From Chitinophagales bacterium (GTDB lineage Bacteria; Bacteroidota; Bacteroidia; Chitinophagales; LD1), in contig JAXLUO010000002.1 of assembly GCA_046329495.1 (NCBI GenBank), forward strand, positions 268,997 to 332,996: a stretch of 64,000 nt of DNA, given 5' to 3'. Below the pieces are notes generated by a model. It saw only the letters and a program-made list of their open reading frames with translations. It was not told where the DNA came from and did no database searches. Shown in pieces: positions 30,102-39,369 of this stretch (within the stretch, counting starts at the first letter, position 1; each line of letters begins with the position of its first letter). A program made the translations under genes and the position numbers.

Positions 30102-30410
30102 TTAGGCTTGTGCCGTAGGGCCGAAGTTCATAGGGTAGTTCTGCACTTCTTTATCATTGATGGTGCCAAACTGTTGTTCGTATTTTTTAATGTTCTCTGC
30201 AAGGGCTTTCATAAAGCGTTTGGCATGTTCAGGAGTAACTAATATGCGCGACTTAACTTTCGCTTTAGGCACGCCCGGCATTACGCGGATAAAGTCTAAT
30301 ACAAACTCCTGAGGTGAGTGCGAGATAATTGCCAGATTTGAATAAGTACCCTCTGCAATTTCTTCAGGCAATTCAATATTGATCTGGTTTGGATTTGGTT
30401 CTTCTGCCAT
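30102..30410 (-). CDS. DUF3467-family protein
   Basis: 102 aa. INIELPEEIAEGTYSNLAIISHSPQEFVLDFIRVMPG..KAKV.SRI...PEHAKRF matches the DUF3467 pattern as I remember it. Confidence 0.65.
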   Translation of the reverse strand: MAEEPNPNQINIELPEEIAEGTYSNLAIISHSPQEFVLDFIRVMPGVPKAKVKSRILVTPEHAKRFMKALAENIKKYEQQFGTINDKEVQNYPMNFGPTAQA

Positions 30411-30446
30411 TTCTTCAAGTATTTAGTAAGCGAATGTAGCCAATTT

Positions 30447-31901
30447 CTATTTCAGGTTATGGAAGAGGCTGCGATAGAATGTGATTGTTTCCATGAAGGC
30501 CTGCTCACCAATGCGTTCGTTAATACCATGTATGCTACCCACCTGGTCCTTATCGAACCGGCACGGGAAGAAACGATACGTGTTCTCCGTTATATCCTGA
30601 AAGTGTTTAGAGTCCGTACTACCCAACATTAAAAAAGGTGCCACCATGGCATCCGGGAACACCTCTGCCGCTGTTTGCTGTAATAACTTAAACCCATAAC
30701 TATCCGAACTGCTGTTTTTGCTTGGTTCGTACAACTCGCCGGCCTTAATAACCACCGAAGTATCATCAATTAATTTGGTAATGCGTGCAAGCACGTCTTT
30801 CGTGGTTTCATCGTTCAACACCCTGAAGTTAACCTTTGCACTTACCAGGGTAGGGATGACGTTCTCCTTTAAACCTGCATTAATAACCGTGGTTACATTG
30901 GTAGTACGCAGCAGTGCCGAGCCTTCCGGCGACTTTTCGTATTCACGCATTATTACCGGGCTAAAGAACCAACGATTGGCGAAAACGGTCTTTAATGGGA
31001 AAGGCATTTCAGGACCAATGAAGTTCAAAAACTCTTCTACGGGCTCTACCACCCTCCCCTTCTCAGGATTATCATGTATACGCGTGAGGGCCGCCATTAA
31101 AACATCCAGTGCGGTTTTCTTTGCAGGGCGGCTGCTGTGCCCGCCGGGTTTATTCACGGTAAGCTCCAATGTAACATAGCCTTTTTCGGCAGTGCCGATA
31201 AGAGCTACAGGTTTGCTCATATGCGGCACCATACCACTGCTTACAAATCCACCTTCATCCACATAAAACTCAAAGCTTATATGTTGTTGGCGAAAATAAT
31301 CAGCAATACGGGCTGCACCTAAGTTACCGCCCACCTCTTCATCGCTACCGAAAGCAAAGTAGATAGTGCGCTCAGGCACCACATTAGCCGCTACATCTGC
31401 TTTCAATGCTTCCAGCAGGGCAATTAAACTGCCTTTATCATCTAAGGTGCCGCGGCCCCAGATAAAGCCATCAGCCCTTTCTCCGCTAAAAGGTGCATGC
31501 AGCCATTTATCTCTGGTTGATTCCTCTACCGGAACTACATCCAGATGCGCATAAAAGATAACCGGTTTAGCACTTGTATTCTTACCCTGCCACTTCAGCA
31601 ACAAGCTTCTGCCTGCTATAACCGTATCTTCCAGTTGTTCAAGCACCGGCGCATAGGTGTTATGAAGAAAGCGGAAGAACGAATCGTACTCGGCACGGTT
31701 CAAAAGCGCAGTATCATCGTACGATACAGTTTGGATCCTGACAGCCTGTGTCAAGTGGTTCAATGCTTCCTCATCTAACTTAATAACAGCAGGTGGCTTG
31801 TTCGACTGTACCTGCCTGCCTTTATAAGCAGCTGTTTTTACGGCCATTACTGCCGCCAGTACAAGCAACAGCAAAAGCACAGCGAGTAATACTTTTTTCA
31901 T
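30447..31901 (-). CDS. M20-family metallopeptidase (secreted or membrane-anchored)
   Basis: ATG at 31901 gives MKKVLLAVLLLLLVLAAVMA; the listed ORF starts earlier at a TTG. Motifs are YAHLDVVP, WGRGTLDDKG and GSDEEVGG. Confidence 0.8.
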   Translation of the reverse strand: MKKVLLAVLLLLLVLAAVMAVKTAAYKGRQVQSNKPPAVIKLDEEALNHLTQAVRIQTVSYDDTALLNRAEYDSFFRFLHNTYAPVLEQLEDTVIAGRSLLLKWQGKNTSAKPVIFYAHLDVVPVEESTRDKWLHAPFSGERADGFIWGRGTLDDKGSLIALLEALKADVAANVVPERTIYFAFGSDEEVGGNLGAARIADYFRQQHISFEFYVDEGGFVSSGMVPHMSKPVALIGTAEKGYVTLELTVNKPGGHSSRPAKKTALDVLMAALTRIHDNPEKGRVVEPVEEFLNFIGPEMPFPLKTVFANRWFFSPVIMREYEKSPEGSALLRTTNVTTVINAGLKENVIPTLVSAKVNFRVLNDETTKDVLARITKLIDDTSVVIKAGELYEPSKNSSSDSYGFKLLQQTAAEVFPDAMVAPFLMLGSTDSKHFQDITENTYRFFPCRFDKDQVGSIHGINERIGEQAFMETITFYRSLFHNLK

Positions 31902-31980
31902 CAATAGGGGGTTTGTGCTACAAAGTAAAAACAAACAAGGAAAAACAGTAAGCCCAGTGTTTCTAATTGCTACACAAACT

Positions 31981-34900
31981 TTAATTAACCCTGCGCCAGA
32001 AAATTACGGCCTGGTTAACAGGGCGTGTTTCGTTGCTGTTATTACCGCTGGTTACTGCACCGGCGCTAAAGCTAAACGTATGCGTATGGTCGGGCACGGT
32101 ATGCGTATGTGCACCTGCTGTTGAAGTGGCACGTTGCTTAATAAAGTGTCGGTGCGCATACATATTAACTGAGTGACTATGGTTACCATCGGTTGAGATG
32201 GAATGCGTATGCCACAAACACCCGTCGATCATACGACCCATAAAGTTACCGGCGGTGTATTTGCCGTTCCAGCCATTGCCGCATGTAGTAGCATCATCGT
32301 CTGTCCACCCTGCGGCCTTGCAGTTGTCGGATAAATTATCATCAAACGGAATATATACGTTACCCGGACCATTATTCGGACTACCTGTGCTACCGCCGTG
32401 GTTGTGCGAACCGGCTGCAGTTGTTCCAAGTGTGGTATACTCCTGGCTTGGGTTACCGGTAGTACCGGGATTACCTCCCCACCAAAATGCCCAATCGCTT
32501 AGTGTATTGCCGTTGCCATCTCCGTTGCCTGCCGAGGTAGTGTAATCGCGGCTATCGTCATTACTCCACCAACCGCCCCAGTTGTGACTATGGTCGCCTG
32601 CTGAGCTGGTGGTTAAGGTGCCTGAACTATTAAGCGTACCGGTAACGGCGTGCGTATGGTCCTGGAAGGCATGTTGCTGTACGGTACCTGTCAGGTTAGA
32701 GCCACTCAGCACATTCGCTGCCCCCCCCCGTGCGCGGATAAATTCACCGTTGTTTATATCGGTGTATACCCAGTTAGTGCAGGGATAAATGGTGTTGGGG
32801 TTTGCTGCATTATACCACTGTATGTAAGTAGCACCAATTGGTGGTGTATTTACATTTTGCCAGCAGGTACCGTTAAATACTTCTACTGCACCCAGCGTTG
32901 TATTAAAACGAATTGAACCAATTGGCGCTCCGGCAGGTTGTTGCGCCGTACTGCCATTTGGCAAACCAATGGCACTGGTACTATTCACTTCGAACGATAC
33001 TACGGGTGTGGTGGTATTCAACCCTACATTGCTGCCGCTTTGGAACAATATGGAGTTACACATATCGGTTGGCGAAGTAAACATGGTAACATACCCGCTG
33101 GCAGCACTTGCACAAATAGTACCGGGGCCTGTAGCACCCACCGAACCTGTAGGGCCGGTAATACCCTGCAACCCTGTAGCACCTGTTGCACCGGTGCCTC
33201 CGGTGGCTCCTGTATTGCCTGTGGCACCTGTAATACCCTGTATACCTGTTGCACCCGTAATACCTTGTATGCCTTGCGGACCTGTATCACCTGTTGCGCC
33301 GGTAGACCCTGTATTTCCCTGCGGGCCTGTAATGCCTTGTATACCTTGTGCGCCTGTGTCGCCGGTTGCACCGGTTACACCTTGCATACCTGTAGCGCCG
33401 GTTGCGCCTGTAATACCCTGTATGCCTTGCGGACCTGTATCACCCGTATTACCGGTTGCACCGGTAGGCCCTGTATTTCCCTGCGGGCCCGTAACACCCT
33501 GTGCACCTGTTGCGCCTGTGGCTCCTTGTTGTCCGGTAGCTCCTGTTATGCCTTGCAGACCTTGAATACCCTGAGGACCTTGCGGGCCTGTTGCACCATC
33601 TAATCCATTAGCACCTGTGGGGCCTTGCGCACCTGCAACACCTTGTGGACCTTGAATACCCTGAGGACCTTGTGGGCCTGTTGCGCCATCTAATCCGTTA
33701 GCACCTGTTGGGCCTTGCGCACCTACAACACCTTGGGGACCTTGAATACCCTGAGGACCTTGCGGGCCGGTGGCACCATCTAAACCATTAGCACCTGTGG
33801 GGCCTTGCGCACCTGCAACACCTTGCGGGCCCTGAATACCCTGAGGACCTTGTGGACCCGTTGCACCGTCTAATCCGTTTGCACCAGTAGGGCCTTGCGG
33901 GCCTGCAACACCTTGCGGGCCTTGCGGGCCTGTTGCGCCATCTAATCCATTAGCACCAGTGGGGCCTTGCGCACCTGCAACCCCTTGTGGACCTTGAATA
34001 CCCTGAGGACCTTGCGGGCCTGTTGCACCATCTAATCCATTAGCACCAGTGGGGCCTTGCGCACCTGCAACACCTTGCGGGCCTTGAATACCCTGAGGAC
34101 CTTGTGGACCCGTTACACCATCTAATCCATTAGCACCGGTTGGACCTGCAACACCTTGTGGGCCTTGTAAGCCTTGTGGCCCCTGGGGCCCTGTTGCTCC
34201 ATCTAACCCATTTGCACCGGTAGGGCCCTGAGGTCCCGCAACTCCTGCAGGACCTTGAATACCTGCTGCACCCTGCGGACCTGTATCACCTGTTGGTCCG
34301 GTTGCTCCACCCCCTACACCGGTTGGGCCGGTTGGGCCCGTAGGTCCTTGCAGACCAGTGGCACCCGTAGTACCGGGTGCGCCGGGCAAACCTGCCGCTC
34401 CGGTTGGGCCGGTTGCTCCATCCAAACCATTTGTGCCAGTGGCACCGGTTGCTCCGGTTGATCCTGCTATGCCTTGTGGTCCGGTATCCCCGGTAGCACC
34501 TGCCGGACCGGTATTACCTACTACACCTTGCGGACCCGTATCACCTGTTGGGCCTGTGGCTCCGCCCCCTGCACCAGCAGCACCTGTAGGGCCGGTTGGT
34601 CCTGTTGGGCCTTGTAGACCTTGTGCACCCGTATCACCTGTTGCACCCTGTACACCAGCCATACCTTGCGGGCCTGTATCGCCTGTTGGGCCTGTTGCTC
34701 CACCACCAGCACCTGCTGCTCCTGTTGGGCCTGTAGGTCCAGTTGGGCCTTGTAAACCTTGCGCACCGGCATCACCGGTTGCACCTTGCACACCTGCAAC
34801 ACCTTGCGGACCGGTGTCGCCCGTAGGACCTGTAGCGCCACCACCGGAACCCGCGGCACCTGTTGGGCCCGTTGGTCCGGTTATACCTTGCATACCCTGT

Positions 34901-35643
34901 GGCCCGGTATCGCCGGTAGCGCCCTGCACACCTGCAATACCCTGAGGCCCGGTATCCCCGGTTGCACCTGTTATGCCCTGTAAGCCTTGCGGGCCGGTAT
35001 CACCGGTTACACCTTGTGTACCTGCTATACCCTGCGGACCTGTATCGCCCGTTGGGCCTGTTGCGCCACCACCTGAACCCGCGGCGCCGGTTGGGCCGGT
35101 TGGGCCTTGTAAGCCCTGTGGGCCGGTATCGCCGGTTGCACCTTGTAAGCCAACTGCCCCTTGCGGACCCGTATCACCAGTTGCACCAGCATTACCTGTT
35201 GCACCGGTAACACCCTGCAAACCTTGCGGGCCGGTGTTACCTGTAGGGCCGATGGCTCCTGCTAATCCTGTAGCACCGGTTGCTCCCGTATTGCCGGTAG
35301 GGCCGGTGGCACCAGCCACACCCTGTGAACCGGTGGCACCGGTGGCACCTGTAGCGCCTGTGGCTCCTGCTGTGCCATTACCTGCGCACAAGGAATTCCA
35401 CTGGCCGTTATAGTAAAAATAACAGCCAACTGTAACATCATACACCAATAAACCGGGTGCCGGTGTGGCAATAGCCAGGCGATTGGCGGTAGTTAACCGA
35501 GGTGCCAGGAAACCTTTATTAGTAGAAGACAGATCCAATATAGCTGAAGGATCGGGGGTAGTGGTGCCGATACCGACATTACTTTGCGCTGCAAGTTGCA
35601 TCACACATAGGCATAACAATACACTGAGTAGGGTATAACGCAT
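31981..35643 (-). CDS. secreted collagen-like triple-helix-repeat protein with His-rich (HxH) fibre-tip-like C-terminal domain
   Basis: Signal peptide is [21 protein letters not shown] roughly 65-aa NVGIGTTTP module comes first. About 750 aa of Gly-X-Y follow (about 33121-35382). Then come a second NVGLNTTTP module and 226 C-terminal aa with eight HxH motifs, ending [16 protein letters not shown]. No T9SS C-terminal domain. Confidence 0.85.
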   Translation of the reverse strand: MRYTLLSVLLCLCVMQLAAQSNVGIGTTTPDPSAILDLSSTNKGFLAPRLTTANRLAIATPAPGLLVYDVTVGCYFYYNGQWNSLCAGNGTAGATGATGATGATGSQGVAGATGPTGNTGATGATGLAGAIGPTGNTGPQGLQGVTGATGNAGATGDTGPQGAVGLQGATGDTGPQGLQGPTGPTGAAGSGGGATGPTGDTGPQGIAGTQGVTGDTGPQGLQGITGATGDTGPQGIAGVQGATGDTGPQGMQGITGPTGPTGAAGSGGGATGPTGDTGPQGVAGVQGATGDAGAQGLQGPTGPTGPTGAAGAGGGATGPTGDTGPQGMAGVQGATGDTGAQGLQGPTGPTGPTGAAGAGGGATGPTGDTGPQGVVGNTGPAGATGDTGPQGIAGSTGATGATGTNGLDGATGPTGAAGLPGAPGTTGATGLQGPTGPTGPTGVGGGATGPTGDTGPQGAAGIQGPAGVAGPQGPTGANGLDGATGPQGPQGLQGPQGVAGPTGANGLDGVTGPQGPQGIQGPQGVAGAQGPTGANGLDGATGPQGPQGIQGPQGVAGAQGPTGANGLDGATGPQGPQGVAGPQGPTGANGLDGATGPQGPQGIQGPQGVAGAQGPTGANGLDGATGPQGPQGIQGPQGVVGAQGPTGANGLDGATGPQGPQGIQGPQGVAGAQGPTGANGLDGATGPQGPQGIQGLQGITGATGQQGATGATGAQGVTGPQGNTGPTGATGNTGDTGPQGIQGITGATGATGMQGVTGATGDTGAQGIQGITGPQGNTGSTGATGDTGPQGIQGITGATGIQGITGATGNTGATGGTGATGATGLQGITGPTGSVGATGPGTICASAASGYVTMFTSPTDMCNSILFQSGSNVGLNTTTPVVSFEVNSTSAIGLPNGSTAQQPAGAPIGSIRFNTTLGAVEVFNGTCWQNVNTPPIGATYIQWYNAANPNTIYPCTNWVYTDINNGEFIRARGGAANVLSGSNLTGTVQQHAFQDHTHAVTGTLNSSGTLTTSSAGDHSHNWGGWWSNDDSRDYTTSAGNGDGNGNTLSDWAFWWGGNPGTTGNPSQEYTTLGTTAAGSHNHGGSTGSPNNGPGNVYIPFDDNLSDNCKAAGWTDDDATTCGNGWNGKYTAGNFMGRMIDGCLWHTHSISTDGNHSHSVNMYAHRHFIKQRATSTAGAHTHTVPDHTHTFSFSAGAVTSGNNSNETRPVNQAVIFWRRVN
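32721..32729 (-). repeat. G9 homopolymer (C9 on the plus strand) inside the collagen-like CDS
   Basis: ctg-ccccccccc-gtg on the plus strand. On the coding strand it reads cgg ggg ggg gca, encoding R-G-G-A of [10 protein letters not shown]. It is the longest G/C run I found in the window. Confidence 0.95.
33541..34290 (-). repeat. tandem 90-bp coding repeats (8 units, with one 72-bp and one 81-bp variant)
   Basis: Unit starts are marked by taatcc/taaacc/taaccc at 33601, 33691, 33781, 33871, 33943, 34033, 34123 and 34204. The units encode [30 protein letters not shown] with few substitutions. Confidence 0.9.
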
Positions 35644-35714
35644 GGGTCGTATTTAGTTCTCAGGAAAGATGCCGAAGGTAAGCCATAGGCTGCAAGGCTG
35701 CTAATTTTAAAGCG

Positions 35715-35750
35715 AAAAAAAGCCCCTCCTATTTTAAATTTCGGAAGGGC
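35715..35750 (-). terminator. probable rho-independent terminator for the 35795-36304 gene
   Basis: The minus strand reads gcccttcc-(13-nt loop)-ggaggggc followed by ttttttt. One mismatch in the 8-bp stem. Confidence 0.5.
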
Positions 35751-35794
35751 CGGGGCCGGGTTAGCAACCTGTTCGATACATATTATTAATTTCA

Positions 35795-36304
35795 CTATTC
35801 GTTTTGCTTTTGCTCTTTCCCTATTTCCGATAACTTTTTGTAAACGGTATGCGTTTTAGGCAAAGCAGCTCGTGAGAACCGGCGCACGTTTAAATCGTAC
35901 TCCTCTTCCACTGCCACCAGCGAATCGCCATCAAGTGCTTCATCCAGTTGGGCCACCTGTGGTGTTAGGTCTACCTCCTCTGCCTCGTTGATAATTGGTG
36001 CAGGTTCTTTCTGATCGGCTAACTCTTCGTCGGAAATTATCTGTTGCTTCTCTTCCTTTTGCTTGTGCTTTGTTTCCGTTTTTGCAACCGATGCAACCGG
36101 GCTTGATTCCTCCACCGGCTCGGTAGTTATTAAGGCCGCTGTATGCGGTGCGCAGGTTTGTACTGCGGGCTTTATTGGCAACTCATCTTCCTGAGAATAG
36201 ATTTTATCAATCTCGCCACTGCGGAACATCTTTACAAAATCGCTAAGGCCGGCGCCGACGGCGAGTAACATCAGGCCCAGACTAACATGCAGGATGGTTT
36301 TCAT
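35795..36304 (-). CDS. hypothetical exported/anchored acidic protein
   Basis: N-terminal hydrophobic segment MKTILHVSLGLMLLAVGAG, then a Glu/Asp/Pro/Lys-rich low-complexity body. No motif recognised. Confidence 0.45.
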   Translation of the reverse strand: MKTILHVSLGLMLLAVGAGLSDFVKMFRSGEIDKIYSQEDELPIKPAVQTCAPHTAALITTEPVEESSPVASVAKTETKHKQKEEKQQIISDEELADQKEPAPIINEAEEVDLTPQVAQLDEALDGDSLVAVEEEYDLNVRRFSRAALPKTHTVYKKLSEIGKEQKQNE

Positions 36305-36329
36305 TGTATCAGTTTTATGGTTTATTGAA

Positions 36330-37010
36330 TTATTGACTTAGTTGAAACGATTGCAGATAGTTGCTGCTTTTGCGATAGATGAAATACTCCGCAATCAGCA
36401 TATTGCCTATTACGCTGATCCAAAGGCTAATGGCGTAATTCTCGAAGTGGTTCATCCCCGTTAAAAAGAACAAGATGTGATATACCCGGAACGACACTGC
36501 CGTTAATGCCATGGCGTACGAGCGCATCATCCAAATGGAATGGCCTAATACGTTACGGTTCTTAATGGTCTCCAATCCCTTGTAGGTTGTTAGAAACCAA
36601 AAGATAGCCATAAACAAAAAGCAGGCTTTCTCCCAATAGCTGCCCTTGGCAAAAAAGGCCATGTAAAAGCCTGTTGGTGCGCCGATCCACAATACTACCA
36701 GCACATAAATTTTGCCGGCATACACGTGTATGGCTTTACGCTTGCGCAGGATGTAACTTGAGAACTGCGTTAATGCCGTGATGATGCAAAATGCACCGGC
36801 TGCAATGTGCAGGTAAAAGCTCCACTTATAAACCGGGTTTACAAAAAGCTTAATGCGTTCCTGTATAAAGTCAAACTGCGGACTGAAGTTGAAATACGGC
36901 AGTGTATTATATACCAATAGCAGACTAAAGATTGCAATTGGCACCCAAAACAATACCTGCATACTAAAGCGCATGGCTTGCTGCAGGGTGGTAACACGGG
37001 CGGTATTCAT
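36330..37010 (-). CDS. DUF2306-like multi-pass membrane protein
   Basis: Five to six predicted TM helices. The pattern (LPYF...F...P..Y..HI..G......L.QF) resembles DUF2306. Start is uncertain among GTG 37055, ATG 37010 and a later ATG. Confidence 0.5.
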   Translation of the reverse strand: MNTARVTTLQQAMRFSMQVLFWVPIAIFSLLLVYNTLPYFNFSPQFDFIQERIKLFVNPVYKWSFYLHIAAGAFCIITALTQFSSYILRKRKAIHVYAGKIYVLVVLWIGAPTGFYMAFFAKGSYWEKACFLFMAIFWFLTTYKGLETIKNRNVLGHSIWMMRSYAMALTAVSFRVYHILFFLTGMNHFENYAISLWISVIGNMLIAEYFIYRKSSNYLQSFQLSQ

Positions 37011-37091
37011 GGCGGGTGGTTTGCATACAGGATGCACGAACCGCGCCAAATGCACAAAGCAATAACCTCTAAAATCCCAAAAGGATGTTAA

Positions 37092-37724
37092 TTAGAAATT
37101 GCAGATACCCACCCTTGTGCCGGTAAACTGATTGGCTTCCATTTCGGTGAGGATAAAATCGGCCAGATCGCCGGTTTTTATCTCGAATTCTCCTTCGGGT
37201 TTGTAGTCCTTTTTAACCCGGTAAGCGCCACTACGGTTACCATCCACGATGTTCGGACAGCAGATGAAGGTCCAGTCCAGGTTGGTTTCGCGCAACACCT
37301 TGTAAACCTTGTTGTGCCCCTCTCCTACGTTCTTGTATTCGGCGGGGTAATCGGGTTTGTCCAGCAACTGCATGGTTTCGTTCATTTGTAACACACCTAA
37401 ACCGCCTACTGCCAGTACGCGCTTGATGCCGTGCTTTTGCATGGCATCTACAAACAGTTTCATGGCATCGCTCATCAGGTTTACGGCGTCGCCGGTAATG
37501 TCGTTAGTGCCGAGGGTAGAGATTACCACCTCCTGCCCGGCAATGGCTTGTTCCACCTGGCTTTGGTTATAGACGTCCCCTTTAATAGTTGTGAGGTTCG
37601 GATGGTTGATTTCCAGCGCATGGTTGTGAACAAAGGCCGTTACCTGATGCCCTGCTTCCAGCGCATAGGCTACTACCATTTTACCTGTGCGGCCAGCCGC
37701 CCCAAAAACAACTATCTTTTTCAT
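37092..37724 (-). CDS. NAD(P)H-binding (atypical SDR / NmrA-like) protein
   Basis: MKKIVVFGAAGRTGKMVV Rossmann motif. 210 aa. Confidence 0.8.
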   Translation of the reverse strand: MKKIVVFGAAGRTGKMVVAYALEAGHQVTAFVHNHALEINHPNLTTIKGDVYNQSQVEQAIAGQEVVISTLGTNDITGDAVNLMSDAMKLFVDAMQKHGIKRVLAVGGLGVLQMNETMQLLDKPDYPAEYKNVGEGHNKVYKVLRETNLDWTFICCPNIVDGNRSGAYRVKKDYKPEGEFEIKTGDLADFILTEMEANQFTGTRVGICNF

Positions 37725-37858
37725 CCCTTTTTAATTGTTGGGTAAATGTAGAAAAGGAAAGCTAATGGAAGGTTGGAGGAATCTTTTCACACAAAGGCAC
37801 TAAGAAGAATACAAATGGAACGCTGATTAGGCTGCTGATTATGATAGAGTATGACCAC

Positions 37859-37925
37859 ACTTTACACTCCTTTACACTTTTTCTCTAAGTAGCCTTTTCG
37901 AACTTTACACTCCTTTACACTTTTT
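37859..37925. repeat. two exact copies of a 24-nt direct repeat (actttacactcctttacacttttt), 43 bp apart
   Basis: Copy 1 is at 37859-37882 and copy 2 at 37902-37925. Each copy contains CTTTACAC twice with 10-bp spacing, giving four half-sites in the divergent intergenic region between the SDR gene and ogt. Confidence 0.85.
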
Positions 37926-38272
37926 GCGCAAGTCGATGGCTTAGCGGATAGGCTTTGATTGGGAATGCTTGGGATTGATAGGAAATGATTGGTTGTACGC
38001 ATATACCTATCAACCCTATCATGCCGGGTTAAACTGTTCCGGTTCGCTTTGGGGCATACCCCTCCCTTTGTGCTTTTTGCGGTTTAGTGGTTTCAATTGG
38101 TATGTCAAAGAACTTGACCAGTGTAAAGATATAACAAAAGACGTTTTGTTTCAAATTTTATTTCTTAAAAAAATAAATTGGCGGTACACCGTATTGCCCG
38201 GGAGCGTGGTCACTCAAAACTCATCGCTCAAAACCCGTAACTCTAACTCCTTTGATTACCTTTAGGCTTGTA

Positions 38273-38764
38273 ATGGATAACCTGTTTACTACTTCTTTTA
38301 ACACCCCGCTGGGTTACTTACAGGTAACCGGTACTGCCGAGTTTATTACCTCGGTGTGGTTTGTTGAGGAGCCAAAGCCGGACAGCACAGCCGGATTACC
38401 GGAGGTGATTACGAATTGCGTAAAGGAGTTACAGGAGTATTTTGAAGGAAACCGGCAGGTCTTTAGTGTTCCTATCGGCACCGAGGGAACGGAATTTCAG
38501 CGCCGCGTATGGCACGAACTGGAATTGATACCTTTTGGCGAAACCTGTAGTTACCTGGATATAGCCCGTAAACTGAATGACGAAAACTCCACCCGCGCCG
38601 TAGGTACGGCTAATGGTAAAAACCCTATCGCTATTATTTTACCCTGCCACCGTGTTATAGGCGAAAACGGTAAGCTAACCGGTTATGCAGGCGGCATGTG
38701 GCGCAAAAGCTGGCTGCTGGAACATGAAGGGAAAGTAAGCGGCAAACGCCTCAGTTTATTTTAA
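38273..38764 (+). CDS. ogt: methylated-DNA--protein-cysteine methyltransferase
   Basis: Active-site motif is ILPCHRVIG. Upstream TEFQRRVW..L..IPFGET.SY and downstream GY.GG...K.WLLEHE. ATG at 38273 is preferred over the listed upstream start. Confidence 0.88.
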   Translation: MDNLFTTSFNTPLGYLQVTGTAEFITSVWFVEEPKPDSTAGLPEVITNCVKELQEYFEGNRQVFSVPIGTEGTEFQRRVWHELELIPFGETCSYLDIARKLNDENSTRAVGTANGKNPIAIILPCHRVIGENGKLTGYAGGMWRKSWLLEHEGKVSGKRLSLF

Positions 38765-39264
38765 CGGCAAAGTTTACGGATCAATTGTTCGTGTGCGGGA
38801 AACTCCGCCGCTAATTTGTTTTTATCTGCTAATTCAAAATCAGCAAAATCGAAACCCGGTGCTACGGTGCAACCTACCAGACTAAAGGTATGCGGCTTTG
38901 CCGGTTTACTGGCAAACCAACAACCTGCTTTCACTACCGCTTGAAATACCTCCCCTTCCGCCGGGTTATTTCCTACACGTATTATCTCCAGCGAACCGTC
39001 AGGCTGCAACACATATACATCCAGCGGACCGCCATAATAAAAGTGCCATACCTCATCACTCTTAATTCGATGGAATGCTGAGAAGTGATGGTGTTCCAAT
39101 AAAAAATAAATCGCGGTAGATACAGCACGTTCGCCCCCGAAACGGGTTGGTAAACCTGTTGCCGGTATTATGTCTGCACTGCGGTAAGTTTCTTTATACC
39201 AGCCACCCTCGGGGTGTGGTAGCATTTGTAATTGCTCAACAAAAAAGGTGGCATTGTAACTCAT
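38761..39264 (-). CDS. cupin (DUF985 family) protein
   Basis: LPHPEGGWYKETYRS ... IYFLL......FHR...DEVWHFY.G.PL pattern. Its stop overlaps the ogt stop on the opposite strand (TTAA at 38761-38764). Confidence 0.78.
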   Translation of the reverse strand: MSYNATFFVEQLQMLPHPEGGWYKETYRSADIIPATGLPTRFGGERAVSTAIYFLLEHHHFSAFHRIKSDEVWHFYYGGPLDVYVLQPDGSLEIIRVGNNPAEGEVFQAVVKAGCWFASKPAKPHTFSLVGCTVAPGFDFADFELADKNKLAAEFPAHEQLIRKLCR

Positions 39265-39312
39265 ACGCTTGCTTGAATTGGATACCGAATATGGAAAGAC
39301 TACCGCACAAGT

Positions 39313-39348
39313 AAAATAAAAAAGGCGCTCCCTAAAAGGAACGCCTTT
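39313..39348 (-). terminator. rho-independent terminator after the 39370-48369 gene
   Basis: The minus strand reads aaaggcgttcc-ttttag-ggagcgccttt followed by tttatttt. 7 of 8 core pairs form. Confidence 0.6.
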
Positions 39349-39369
39349 GTGTATCTAATTGAAGTTATG

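Noticed and set aside
32969-35413. Long plus-strand ORFs inside the collagen gene (32969-33565, 34358-34945, 34973-35413, 32938-33603 and others) encoding PVAPV- or CT/RT-rich products.
   Set aside because: They are antisense or off-frame shadows of the GGN-CCN-NNN periodicity of a Gly-X-Y gene. They have no start context and no independent motif, and the minus-strand frame has a signal peptide and coherent domains.
30447-37055. Possibility that the tail-fibre-like collagen gene marks a prophage or tailocin island.
   Set aside because: The flanking genes are an M20 peptidase, a DUF3467 protein, a small acidic exported protein and a DUF2306 membrane protein. There are no capsid, tail, baseplate, lysis or integrase genes and no att-like direct repeats in the window.
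37969-38265. 98-aa plus-strand ORF in the SDR-ogt intergenic region.
   Set aside because: It has a non-ATG start and low-complexity, Cys/Trp/Phe-rich composition with no motif. It spans the short-repeat mosaic, so it is more likely non-coding.
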